The position numbers and the translations under genes are program-made. Positions 1-11,325 of a DNA stretch of 38,535 bases are shown here, piece after piece. Under the pieces are notes generated by a model. The model was not told the DNA's origin and did no database searches. It saw only the letters and a list, made by a program, of their open reading frames with translations. This DNA comes from Nemertoderma westbladi (Eukaryota; Animalia; Xenacoelomorpha). Where the stretch lies: assembly GCA_032718475.1 (NCBI GenBank), contig JAUCBJ010000201.1, positions 1 through 38,535 on the forward strand, given 5' to 3'. Numbering within the stretch: the first letter of the stretch is position 1; each line of letters starts with the position of its first letter.

Positions 1-791
1 CCGCCAATCGAGGCCGCTCGAGTTGACGGTATACTCGTTGAACCTCCGGACAATCGAGCGGATCTTGTCCGTCGTATGGTACACGATGTCAACATACGCG
101 CTAGACCTTTACAGAACTCTTTTTATGGAATTAAAGATCACCCTTATTACGTTAATCTGACTCAATATTATATGGTAAAACCAGAAGATCCGACGCATGA
201 TTTAAAGTTTCTACCACTAATAAATCCTCTGGACATTGAGAAATCGCGCCTATCAAGTTATGAACTATTGAAGCGCGTTGGAGAATGTATTTCAACCAAA
301 TATTTCTCAGGAGCATTAATCCGAGTGACATCCAGTCTTACAACTTAATAAACTTTATCCGTCAAGACCCTGCCTATGGAGACTTATTCGTCAACTCACA
401 CCCTGAGTTACAAGAGGTATATCGACGGCCTTACGAGTATCGAGCCCGCGAACGCGAGTTAGAAAGAACCATTAAACCAAGGAAGTTTCTAACTGCCTAT
501 GGTCCACCCACGGCCCTCGTTCAGACCACTCGTAAAGGACCCGTAAGAGCGGCTGTCTTGAAACGAGCTCTCAAAGCCGTTAGACCCCTCTCCCCGGACG
601 TTGATGTCCATCAACCCGGTACTTCGACCGGCGGATATACCGATCGCAATCCCATACCTTCTGATGCAATCATATTGCACCCTTCACCCAGGAGTTATAG
701 CCCTCCTAGTAAAGTGGCTCGCCCCAAAGAGAAAAGGACTCTTGCTAGCTTCAAAAAACTGCGTAAACGCCGTCCGCGCAAGAAAGACTAA
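1..791 (+). pseudogene. 3' end of a frameshifted ORF of unknown function, probably the last ORF of an LTR retroelement
   Basis: Frame 1 is open from base 1 to 348 and overlaps ORF 285-791, suggesting one ORF with a frameshift near 285. It ends in a basic NLS-like tail (FKKLRKRRPRKKD) about 70 bp before a PPT/LTR-like junction. No recognised domain. Confidence 0.4.
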
Positions 792-869
792 CTGTTTAGA
801 GTATTTTTGTATTTTAGAAACTGTGATTTTGTATATTTTATAGACTTAAATCCCATTTTCTGGGAGCGG

Positions 870-1554
870 TGTAAAAGCTTTTGTGGGATAACTGATACGT
901 TTGCCTTTGCTGGCCAGTTCCCCCCCAGGCGCTGGAATACTCTAAAAAGGGTTTCCTAACTGTATATATATTCCCCTCGCCCGCAAGGTACCTTTACAGG
1001 TGTTTTAACGGACATAAAAATCATTCTGCTATATACGTGTTTTAGCGGACATGGTAAGACAAAAAACTTGTAATGCACCAACCACCTTTCACAGCTTAGC
1101 CGTGATGATTCATATTACGACATCTAGCAGCTGGTTGCTGACATGGAAACAGCCATTGGACGCGTGGTTCTTTGTTTGGCTTGGGCCAATCAGGGCGGTT
1201 TTTCCTGTCGACGTGTAGCTTTCCTGCCGATCATAAGGAGAGTGTTCAGTCTTACTGTTTTTTCTTGATACTTTGTTGTTATTGCTGTCTAAGCCAGAAA
1301 CACCGGCATTTTTGGATAGATACTGCTGTACCGTAAACTGCTTGAATTATCGAAAGTATAAACTGTTACCTAACTAAACGAACTCACTGACTTAAATCAC
1401 TCATCTCACCTTGATACTTTTAACTCATTAATCATATTGTTTGTACTGTTATTTTACCGTCAGTTATTAATTGTAAATATTTGTTGATGGAAATATTGCT
1501 ATTTGGATAATACGGATAAATCACCCAATTCCCAATTTTCTTGATAACACTACA
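870..1554 (+). mobile_element. Putative 3' LTR (Gypsy-like)
   Basis: Purine tract gggagcgg (862-869) directly precedes TGTA at 870, with a candidate TACA end at 1554. Internal CCAAT (1186), TATA-like cataag (1232) and Inr-like ttcagt (1245). The second LTR is not in the window. Confidence 0.4.
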
Positions 1555-2169
1555 GGTTAGAGAGACCGGCTATATATAACAATTGCGATTTATATTAATG
1601 TGGTGTGTATTGAATCCAATGTTATTTAGCAGACCCTACGTGAGTCAATTACTGCTCTCTTTATGTGTGATCAAATGTACTGACTGTCGGCAGAATAGTG
1701 TGTATGATTGTGATTGGTAACAAAGTATTTCCTAAAGAATACGCTTTATACTTCAATCCCAAGCAGTATCGTTGCGTTTAGTATAAGTCTTAGTTCTGTT
1801 TAAATAGATAAAGCGCCACGTCCTAAAGGAACTGTTAATATTTCCCGAAAGCCAATAATACCTGTCAGAGATTAATTATTAACGATCTATCGAATAATAC
1901 ATTAGGTATACACTGCAACCTTACACTGTAATAATACAATTCAAGCATCCGAATTCAGTCTCCCGGGTGTAGATCCATCGGGTGAATGATCGCGCATGGG
2001 CTGACTTCGGCTAATGTTTTGCGTATTAGCATAAATTATTGTCGTATGCTAAAGTGGTTTTAATTAACTAAAAGACATATAAAATTTGGCAGGTTAAACT
2101 GCTAAAGGTCTTCAAAAGCGCGAACATTAAGGTAATTAAGCGTTTTAATTATTATAATTATGTTTTTAT

Positions 2170-2455
2170 CACTGTCAGTTGTTTGTAATTTTTTAACGTT
2201 AAACATACAATATATTTTGACGATCCAAACTGATTGTCAGTAATATGTCATTTTTTAACGTTAAACATACAATATATTTTGACGATCAAAATACTTATCG
2301 TTTAAAATTAACGTTAATTTGCGTTAATTTTTAACGTTAAAAGGGCGGCCAAACCAACGTTATTTATATGTATTATTAACGTTAATTATTAACGTTGGCA
2401 TTGTCAGAAAATAACGTATATTAATGCATTATTAACGCTAAATTGTTTGCATGGT
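2170..2455. repeat. TTAACGTTAA-rich MITE-like fragment with a 38-bp direct duplication
   Basis: 2188-2225 is repeated at 2250-2287; many aacgtt palindromes; ends ttgtttgcatggt. Confidence 0.45.
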
Positions 2456-2648
2456 TATAAAATAATTTAGGAATTGCTCTCTATTGATATCCCCCACCCC
2501 CCAAATATAATTTTTGACTTAGTCACAGATAGCCATTGGGTCCTGCATCATTGTAGGAGATAAGTGCGGCGACGCAGTGACCTAACGATGCAGTATTTAT
2601 GATACGACTTAATGCCATTTGGAAATAATAAACGTTATAATAAATAAA

Positions 2649-2945
2649 GGGGGGGGGGGGGGGGGGGGGTTGGGGGCAACTGAGAAGTCTAAAATATTTT
2701 ATTATATTTTATCATTTTATTTTTGACATATTTTAGACCAATCCAACACCAGATAGGGGAATCTTTGACGCAATCAAAATTCATCCCTCTCCATGGGGAA
2801 AATCGACGCAAATAACAGCTGATTACTCCCAAAATAAAACTACAGTATAACCTGTTTTATTGAATTTAGTTTATTGTTTTGGTTTTAGAATAACCTGCCA
2901 CTGCAAACTACATACTTATTTCCCTTAATTGATAATTTAACATTG
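2649..2945 (+). repeat. Dispersed repeat (poly-G followed by catccctctcca...tttagtttattgttttggtt), copy 1
   Basis: 2782-2945 aligns with ~14430-14584; the core tttagtttattgttttggtt also occurs at ~21214. Confidence 0.7.
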
Positions 2946-3046
2946 ATATTAATTCCCCAAGAAAGAATTTGCGTCATGCCTCAAATTCCCCCCCCCCCCC
3001 CCCCCCCCCCATTGTCACATGAAAACAAATCTCTCTACTATAGTAA

Positions 3047-3081
3047 TACACGTTCGTGGGGCCTTCGCGCAGCACGAGGCT
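3047..3081 (+). repeat. Short hairpin-like repeat acacgttcgtggggccttcgcgcagcacgag
   Basis: Near-identical copy at ~12859-12893. The tcgtg...cacga stem resembles a Helitron/Helentron terminal palindrome. Confidence 0.55.
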
Positions 3082-3599
3082 CAGTTGTGAGATACAAATT
3101 AAAATTGAGCAATTCTAACACAAAATGTGCATTTAAGAAATTAACCAAACCGCAAATAAATCATAAGAGGGGAAAGTTGCTCGCTTTCAACCCCCTCCCC
3201 CCCTTAATCTGCACCCGATCCAAAAGGCACACAGAGAGAGGATTGTTCACAGGCAGGTATTAACAGAAAAATTGGTGTTTTAAAAGTTTTATATTTTATG
3301 CGTGGAGGCGACCCAATTTATAAGAAATATTATAACTTGCCTTATGACGTTTTAATATTGATACTGAAATATTAATTTACCATACCGATGTCACAACAAA
3401 ATTAGTTAGCTATATTTATTCTAAAGAATCTCTATTAAATACTCAGCCTATCATTTTGCGAGATAAACAATAAGCAAGCTGTCTTATTACTCTAGGGCCT
3501 AACACTATTGCATGTCCTATATAATTACTGTACACCTAGCTGGAATAGGACTGATTCCTAGCCCGGCAAACACACCGGACGTGTTCTACTGTAGCACAC

Positions 3600-4500
3600 A
3601 TCTGATGTTTCAGCTAAATCAGTGATTGCACTTTGAGATATTTTGCCCTCTAGCGGCAGACTAGAGAACTGCAGACAGATGAGCCTCATTTGAATGACAC
3701 AGTTAATGGTCTAGTACAAATATGCCAAGTTTCAGCTAGAACGGGTTTAAAGCAAAGAAAATGTGAGGATATTTAATATCTAGACATGTAGCCCTCTAGC
3801 GAGAGACTGAGGATTTGATGGTGTCTGGAAGTCCCTAAAAAACAAAACTTATGGTCTTATTGATGCCTACTAATTTTAGACTCGAAAGCTTTAAATCCGA
3901 CGAAGATATAAGTAAGTCAAAATCGTACCGACGATGATGACATACAGTGCAATTATTGAATGAACTATTTTCCATAATTGACCTACCCCCCTAAGAGATA
4001 GTGTCAGTTCGCAAAGGCTCCGCCAACTTCGTGGCTCGGACCCTATACCCCATGCTATAAAATGTATTCGATCGATATACAATTATATATTAATCCGCTA
4101 GGTGGTGTCAAATTATTATTCTGCAATTTCGTACTTGTGCTGTACAGCAGTACGGTACCGGTAGGCCTATGTCATTACTTCGGAGTCTCTAGCCGATCCC
4201 CAATTAAATGTCTTAACTTTTCAATTTCGTAGAAGATAGAATTTATGATTCTCTACAAGCAACCAAAATTTCAGCTCTGGAAAATGAGACGTTCCCAAGA
4301 AATTTAACATTTTCTAAAAACCACATAATCTGTCCTAGCTGACGTCAGACTGCACGATTTTTCACCAAACTTTACAAATTTTCTAAATTATCCCTCTACT
4401 ACTTACCTACTAAGTTTGGTTCAATTTCGAATCAGCGATGCCGAGAAATTCGCGTTCAAAGATTTGCCAGACAGACATGCCGCTCCGCATCCCTACACTG
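3600..4500 (+). mobile_element. Degenerate non-autonomous Helentron/HINE-like repeat(s)
   Basis: Shares ccaa(a/g)tttcagct, aagtttggttcaatttc, cagacagac, gccc(c/t)ctagcgg and the aaggct...cttcgtg(g/a)ctcg hairpin with 13060-13612 and 15435-15708. Family assignment is inferred. Confidence 0.5.
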
Positions 4501-4623
4501 TAGTACCGTTGAAATAATTTGCACTGTTAATTGTCAATATAATATTATTTTTACGAGTTATTATTCAAATTATGTTGTAAATAATTACGGAATGTCTTTA
4601 AAAATATGTTTAGCCGAAAAACA

Positions 4624-6560
4624 ACTACTACTACTAGTATCGGCATGCTGCATTGCAGCTGCATTTTTAAGAATGCTGTGCCGGCTTGTCGACAAAATTG
4701 CGCCGCCACAACTCCCTATCACCCATGACATTTGCTAGATCATCCGCATCTTCAAGACCAGTGTCCTTTAAGATGCGTCTCAAGAAAGTCATGGGCTGTC
4801 CACCATGCTTATTCACTCCATGAGGCTGCCAAAGTACAAGATTATGCACTGGCTGGTCCTCATGGCGAAAGCAATGTCCTGCATAGCGGAGGCGATTTTG
4901 TTCTAGTGTCAAGCTTGGGGGAACCAATGAGACACCTCCAATGTTATATAGTGTCTGGTTGGAGATGTGTGCATTGTACTTGACACAATGAACCCGGCGT
5001 AGCATTCTTGTGAATGTGCCATCCAGAGATTTGGTATCCTCAGCAGTTAGAGCCCAGCATGGACTCCCATAGAGGAGTACTGGAACTATTGCTGCTCTAA
5101 ATAATCGGACCTTAAGTTTCCGATTAATTCTCGGTGACTTCCAAATCCTGGAAAGCCTATTCAAGGCTGCCCATGCCTTTCCCTTACGTATTCGAAGGTC
5201 CTCACCATGACCTACTAAAGTCTAGTAGGTCATGTCCTCACCTGACTTCCGGATCCATGATCCCAGGTAACAGAAGTCATCCACATGCTCAAGCATACCA
5301 TATTTTGAGCTTATGCTCATCCGATCAGAGACTTGCTAAGGACTTTCAAAGTTAACTGTCAAAATGTTGGTCTTTCTGGAGTTAATAAAAAGACCAACAC
5401 TAGAAGCAGCATGTTCTAATGAGCTGAGGAGCCGTTGGGCTTCCTCTAGTGATTCTGAGAGTACTCCTAAGTCATCAGCAAAGTCTAGATCAGTTAGGTA
5501 CTTGGCAGATTTCTCGACTTTTGGAGCCAGTAGGTGGAGTTATCATCACCCCATCATCATTGTGATGATCTAAGGACATGCATAGAACATAGTCAACCAC
5601 AATTATGAACAAGAATGGTGCAAGTGTGTCTCCCTGGAGGACGCCCCATAACACTTCAAATGGTTCTGTGTCACCGTCAACAGTAGACACAAATGTTGTC
5701 GAACCATCGTATACTGATCTGATTGCTGCAATAACTTCATCAGGAATCCCATATAATGAAAGTATGCTGAACATACGTGAGCGGGAGACTGAATCAAAGG
5801 CCTTGAAGAAGTCAACAAAGATAGCAGCCAGATGCCTGTCTTTCTTTTTTGATAACTCTTCAATTATCCTTCTAAGTGCCAAAATGGGCTCCATGGTTCC
5901 ACGACCTTTACGGAACCCATTCTGATTTCCACGGAGCAGTCTCTCAATGGGATCCCTGATGAGATTTAATAGAATTCTATTGTATATCTTTGCAGCAGTC
6001 GAGATCAATGAGATTCCCCGAAAAGAACCATAGAGTGTTAGGTTGCCCTTTTTGGGAACTGGCACCAACTTATTTGTTTTCATTTCTTGTGGGACTCTTG
6101 TTGTTCGGTACATGTCTACTATGATGGGATAGATGAGCTTTAAAACATTCAGGTATTTTAAAGACCTCAGGGGGAACACCATCTACTCCACTGGCACGAT
6201 TGGTCTTAATGCTCTTTGCAGCAGCCTTCACTTCTGCAAATGAGATATCGCCAATGGGAATATCTGGGAGTATAGACTCAGACACTTTTACTTCTATAAA
6301 GTTATCAGGCAATACCCTGTCATTATTGAGGAGCTTTTCAAAGTGGGCCTTCCAACCATTGAGGCGATCGGCTGGTGATTCAGCCTTAACCTTGGTGGTT
6401 GGTTGGCTTTTCCGCCCAGTGAGCAAGTTGATCGATTTCCATGCCTGGGATGATTGCCTGCTGTCGTCGGCATCATTGATGGCATCAACCTGTTGGTTTA
6501 TTAGCTCCTGTAGATTAACAGAGTACTGCCTGTTCAGGGACCTAGATGCAGCCTTTTGAA
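4624..6560 (-). mobile_element. 5'-truncated, frameshifted non-LTR retrotransposon (RTE-like LINE) reverse transcriptase
   Basis: ORF pieces 6070-6426, 5490-6182 and 4667-5164 carry RT motifs: PVPKKG, FRGISL, QNGFRKGR, FVDFFKAFDSV, GVLQGDTLAPFLF, catalytic DFADD (FADD at 5471-5482) and C-terminal RLRYAGHCFR. (TAG)n tail at ~4624-4637. At least two frameshifts and a stop. Confidence 0.93.
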
Positions 6561-6681
6561 TTATTAATTAAAAGGTCCAAAAATTATTTTATTATTTTTC
6601 TTGGTGCTCAACAAAGTAAAAATATACAAGTATAAATATATTTTATTAAATATATTATTATTGTTAAATATTATAAATATA

Positions 6682-6728
6682 TTAGAGCGTCAGGCTTCCA
6701 ACCCGGAGGTCACCAGTTCGATCCCACC
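6682..6728 (+). mobile_element. Fragment of tRNA-derived SINE head
   Basis: Near-identical to 10477-10522 (ttagagcgtcag.cttccaa.ccggaggt.accagttcgatcccacc). Confidence 0.65.
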
Positions 6729-7239
6729 ACACCCCCCCCCCCCCCCCCCCGTAATTTAGTGATAGAAAGTACCAAATAGTGACCGAAAGCAGTTCTTTAC
6801 TGCATTGTACCGTAGTAATCTACAAGTTGTTGTGATAAATGTGGTTTTCTCAGATATTTCTCATAATTATGTTTCAGCTCATTTTTATCATTGTTTTTGG
6901 CCATTTTGTGTAGTTTTGATTTAACCCAATGATAGGACTTAAATAAAAAGAGTTAATTTAGCGAACACAAGCTCTCTCTCAAGAAAGGTTTTGTAATAAT
7001 AAAATACTAAATATAAAAAACAAAATTATAACTTTTAAATAACTTAAATTGCAATAATCTATCCTACGTAAATAACACTATTATGGGATGAGACACAAGT
7101 TCATAAGTGGCCAGTAGTGGATAATAAATGATATAAATTGCATTGTGACAGTTGTTTCATTAATTAATTGCACTATTATTGCATTACAATGTCTATTAGC
7201 TTAAAGGCTGATGAAACTTTACAGTTCTAAACGCCCGGG

Positions 7240-7442
7240 TTACCAGTATAACGCAGTTGATATGAATGAAGCTGCAGACCCCAGCCAACTCCTCTTCCCT
7301 TGACTGGTGCACCCGGGACGCACTACTGCGCTCTCTGGATTCTTTACTGGTGAGTCATCAGGAAGGTAACCAATAGCGTTTGTGTTCTCATTTTCGGTTG
7401 AAGTCGAGGATGGACTTTGATAACATTGGTGACTTTCATGAC
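7240..7442 (-). CDS. ARMC1: ARMC1 terminal coding exon
   Basis: Acceptor ttttttccaatttcag, then phase-1 reading (G)HESHQCYQSPSSTSTENENTNAIGYLPDDSPVKNPESAVVRPGCTSQGKRSWLGSAASFISTALYW*. This matches the ARMC1 C-terminus as recalled (YLPEDESP...AVSRVG...SWLSTAANFLSRSFYW*). Confidence 0.9.
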
Positions 7443-8177
7443 CTGAAATTGGAAAAAAACGTATTTTTGTGGAATTAATTTAATAAATATATTAGCGAAG
7501 GCGAGTTTTGCTAATTTTATCAAACTTAAACTTCTGAATTATAGTTTTTCAATCCTAAACGTTTTTAATACACGGTTAGAGCCACAGTACCATATCCTCA
7601 ATATCTTTCGTATTTTGTCTCTTAGTATAACATAAATTGGAGTTCATATCGTATAATACGAATAAGAAATTTTTATATTTTTTAAATATTTTCGTATCGT
7701 ATGAAAAATTATCATAGTTTTAACGATATAATCATACACTTTTTGGTACAATTTTAGGATGTTTTATAATTCTTAACTGCGATTTGAAACAATCGCCATG
7801 AAATAAATGTCAAGATTAATTTAATGTGTATAATATACTAAATATATAATTATTATGCCAATTCTGTTATCTTTGATTCATACATCGCTGCCAACTGTAT
7901 ACGCGTTAACCGGTAGTGGTTTACTAAGACTATATTGGTTTCTACGGCTTTTCGTGTATATATTTTGTAACAAAAGCCTAACAAATATAGGCCTACCTAC
8001 ATTAGATTTAACGTTTTACGCAATATAATTCGATGTAGTTCACAATCAATGCTATGGGTTCAGTTAATTTAATTAAAGTTATAAATTTAATTTGAAAATT
8101 TTGTATATCTATCTATATCTTGAGTTATCTTTACAATACTTTAAGTTCAAATTGTTATAAATTAAATGCAATAAGCG

Positions 8178-9881
8178 ATGGATGAGATAGATTTGGATGT
8201 ATTTCCGGCTATTATTGAAGTTGTCCCATCAATCCCCTTAGATACTGACGTATCCTATAACACTGAGGATGGAGTGTATGGCTTAACTACAGGTGAACGG
8301 TTAATGGGTGTGGCCAGTGGTAAAAATGATAATGCATTGCATTGGAGCCAAAACGTCGATGAGAATATAGCGGAGAAAAGAATCTCTAATAACAAACCTA
8401 CTGATTATGAAGATGGCGATGTTCTTGATTGTCACAATGGTACCACATCGCGAGCTAATGATATAAGTTCGAGCGATCCCAGACCATCAGGCCAGTCTCA
8501 TCCATCCAGGTGTTTACCTTCGAACGATTATCGTTTGGGTTGTAACATCGGAAACATTGCACTTTGTGATGCACACAAGGAGCCACTCCAGTACTTTTGT
8601 GAAAATTGCTCTTTAGTATTATGTAATGACTGCTGCGCCTTGGGCAACCACGATAGACATTGTTTAACTACCACCATCATTGCCTCGCAATATTGGCTAA
8701 ACAAACTCAAAATGGCGCATTCACGAGTAGCGAATGTAAAAGTCAAATCCATTGAGCTATGCGACCGTAGATGTAACCAGTTAGTGAAGGATAATGCCCT
8801 CATTATGAATAAAGTTGGAATTCAAGTGGATAGGCTAGTTGAAGCCGCTAATAGATACAAAAGATCATTAAATGTTGTATTAACTGAAAGTTTACAGGGT
8901 TATAAAAGAAAGTTAACTCGAAGTTGTTTTAATCCAAAGGAAGTTGATTTATTGGACTTTGAAGTCGGCAAATATAACGCATTGAAGGACATCGAAATTC
9001 TAGAGGCCATTCCAGATATTGAAAGAACTATACAAGCTTTGATTGAAAGGGAGAAGAAATTACAAGGGTTGAGGATTAACTTGTACAATCCAGTAAATGT
9101 GAATTTCAATGAAACTTTGCCAGATAGCTTTGAAGATAAAGTAATGGATATAATTGGTGAACTTTGCATCAATCCTCCACAACTCATACAAGAGAGTGAA
9201 CTCTCCATAGACACATACAGTATTCCTTTAGTTGAGGACATAGATTTTATTATTTCTGAAGTGAATATCATCAACTGCGAAAGGTTTGGAGTACAAAATA
9301 TAGCTGATTCTCAGGTTTTGGGTGACATGGTTGGTTTCCTTGACAGTAGCCAATCGTCTGTTTCTCTGTACAAGTTCAGTGACGGCCGTTTATCGAGTGA
9401 GCGAGTATTTGCTTTACAGAGAAGGAACACGTGCATGTATAAGGACGAGCCATTACTTTATTTGTATTTGAGTGAAGTGAGCGTGTATGTTGCCAGTGCC
9501 TATTGCGTATGGCGCGTTAATCGTAAACACGGGGATCGATGGGACCATCTTTGTCTAACACAAGCGAACGCTCGACAACCGGAGATAATTTCTCTAGGAG
9601 GGACAAGAACCTTTCGTCAAAAAGTGTTAGCATTGGATAAAGCCAATTCTAAACTTTTCGAAATAAATGTGGGTAATTCAGAAATGAAAGTTGAGAATTT
9701 CTATAGTTTTGAGCAAGGAGGGTGTGTTCAATGTTGGGATGGGCAAGAATTATTTGCTTTACAGACGGAGAATATTGTAGACATCCTAGGTCTTATGGTT
9801 CAAAGCTCCCGCCAAACGCTCCTCAACGTCGGAGTTCGTGGTCGCAGGGTCTTTCTATCTGCCAAGCAGTCTGCTGCTTGA
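8178..9881 (+). CDS. Intronless B-box type 2 / coiled-coil TRIM-like protein (no RING), probable degenerate C-terminal beta-propeller; frame continues past TGA to 10178
   Basis: 567-aa ORF with B-box CDAHKEPLQYFCENCSLVLCNDCCALGNHDRH, a helical coiled-coil region and a beta-rich C-terminus. Confidence 0.8.
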   Translation: MDEIDLDVFPAIIEVVPSIPLDTDVSYNTEDGVYGLTTGERLMGVASGKNDNALHWSQNVDENIAEKRISNNKPTDYEDGDVLDCHNGTTSRANDISSSDPRPSGQSHPSRCLPSNDYRLGCNIGNIALCDAHKEPLQYFCENCSLVLCNDCCALGNHDRHCLTTTIIASQYWLNKLKMAHSRVANVKVKSIELCDRRCNQLVKDNALIMNKVGIQVDRLVEAANRYKRSLNVVLTESLQGYKRKLTRSCFNPKEVDLLDFEVGKYNALKDIEILEAIPDIERTIQALIEREKKLQGLRINLYNPVNVNFNETLPDSFEDKVMDIIGELCINPPQLIQESELSIDTYSIPLVEDIDFIISEVNIINCERFGVQNIADSQVLGDMVGFLDSSQSSVSLYKFSDGRLSSERVFALQRRNTCMYKDEPLLYLYLSEVSVYVASAYCVWRVNRKHGDRWDHLCLTQANARQPEIISLGGTRTFRQKVLALDKANSKLFEINVGNSEMKVENFYSFEQGGCVQCWDGQELFALQTENIVDILGLMVQSSRQTLLNVGVRGRRVFLSAKQSAA

Positions 9882-10459
9882 ATTCTAGAATGGGTTGACA
9901 ACCATTGGCTGTTAGGAGTGGTGCAGAACGGAGAATGCAGTATTAACGTTTACAACGCACAATCTATGGAATTAGTTGGTTGTTTGAGGCCCAATAGTAG
10001 CGACCCAAACATGTTATACTCCAAGGCGATGGATTGTATTCGGCAATTAGTTACTAAGGAATGCACATATCTACTTTGGAGCCGCCCTCAAACGAACGAT
10101 TTAATTATTTTTAGAGTCCATCAGTCAGTATCTAATTCACCGCAAATTTTGGAAAAACCACAAATATCATTCCCTTGATATGATTGTTATCTTTATAGGT
10201 AATATCTAAGAGCCATATGAGCTCTCAGGATGCCCTCCTTACTGCTCTAATAATTAACTGTATTGTATTTAATATCCGAAAGGGAAGTTAGGTAGTTGCC
10301 AGAGTTACTGATAATTTATTATTGGTGTTATGGGTGAATGAGTGGTTTCATATTATTATAACTTTTGTTGGTCATGTTGGGCATAAATTATTCCATGAGG
10401 AGTTAAATTGCAGACATACAAGGTATCAGGTAGTATTTCCAGGCCTACTTTTTACCTGT

Positions 10460-11075
10460 GCCGCTAGCTGAATGGTTAGAGCGTCAGACTTCCAAACCGG
10501 AGGTTACCAGTTCGATCCCACCTGGACGTCATTGCCGATTTTGCAAAGCTGTGCCCAAGAAAAGTTATAATAGACTTTCTCTGATTTCAGAGTCTTTGCA
10601 GTGTACCCCCTGAAGAATAAGAGGTTTACACTAAAAACTCGGGTTAAGGCCTGTTTACACGTGGCTATTTTTAGAGCAACTTTCTCGGCAACTAGCCACT
10701 TTTTTTGGAGCAAATTAATTTAATGGCTGTTTACACGTGGCAACTTTACCAGCAACTTTACCAGCAACTTGGCTAGTTTGACTGTAAAATAGTGGGTCAT
10801 TTTATCTACTAGCTAGTTTTTGATAATTTAATTTGATTATTCGTCAACGCAAATTTCTTCAAGTTGCCGTAAAAGTTGCTCAACTTTTATTTACAGCAAC
10901 TTTTCTACGTGTTTACACGGAGCAACTTGATCGGCAACCTGGGTTGCTCTACAAGTTGCCGAGAAAGTTGCTCTAAAAGTTGCCACGTGTAAACAGGCCT
11001 TTATGAAGGGCAGAATCTAACCAAAACAATAAACGTATCTGTACAGGTTATACGATAGAAATAAGCGCTATAAAA
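10460..11075 (+). mobile_element. tRNA-derived SINE interrupted by a MITE
   Basis: A-box tagctgaatgg, cttccaa anticodon-like loop, B-box agttcgatccc, and LINE2-type tail aagcgctataaaa at 11063-11075. Confidence 0.65.
10647..11000. mobile_element. PIF/Harbinger-type MITE (354 bp)
   Basis: Long TIRs aggcctgtttacacgtggc.a.ttttagagcaactttctcggcaact and its reverse complement; TTA target-site duplication at 10644-10646 and 11001-11003. Confidence 0.9.
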
Positions 11076-11325
11076 CACTCAATATAGGATAAATTGAAAA
11101 AATACAAATTCTTAGTATATATAATCTCAAAAAAAAATTACGACCGAAAAGTGAAAACCTGGTGGTATTCTCCACATAAACATGAGCGCACATACATGTA
11201 TGCATTCGTTACATGACTAATAATTTTATGCCTGTACAACAAAGTTAATCAATATTATGTAGACTTTATGTGTATTTAAGGCAATCACTATATTCCATAA
11301 TAAATGTTATAAATGTCTTATGGCA

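Noticed and set aside
2943-3263. Poly-Pro/poly-Gly ORFs (also 14143-14486)
   Set aside because: Artefacts of C/G homopolymer runs in repeats.
4732-6559. Plus-strand ORFs over the LINE (and antisense ORFs over the TRIM-like, GAL3ST and NDUFB8 genes)
   Set aside because: Shadow frames of real coding sequence on the opposite strand.
10460-10530. Functional tRNA-Gly(TCC) gene
   Set aside because: Acceptor and T stems pair poorly, a partial second copy exists and a SINE-like tail follows.
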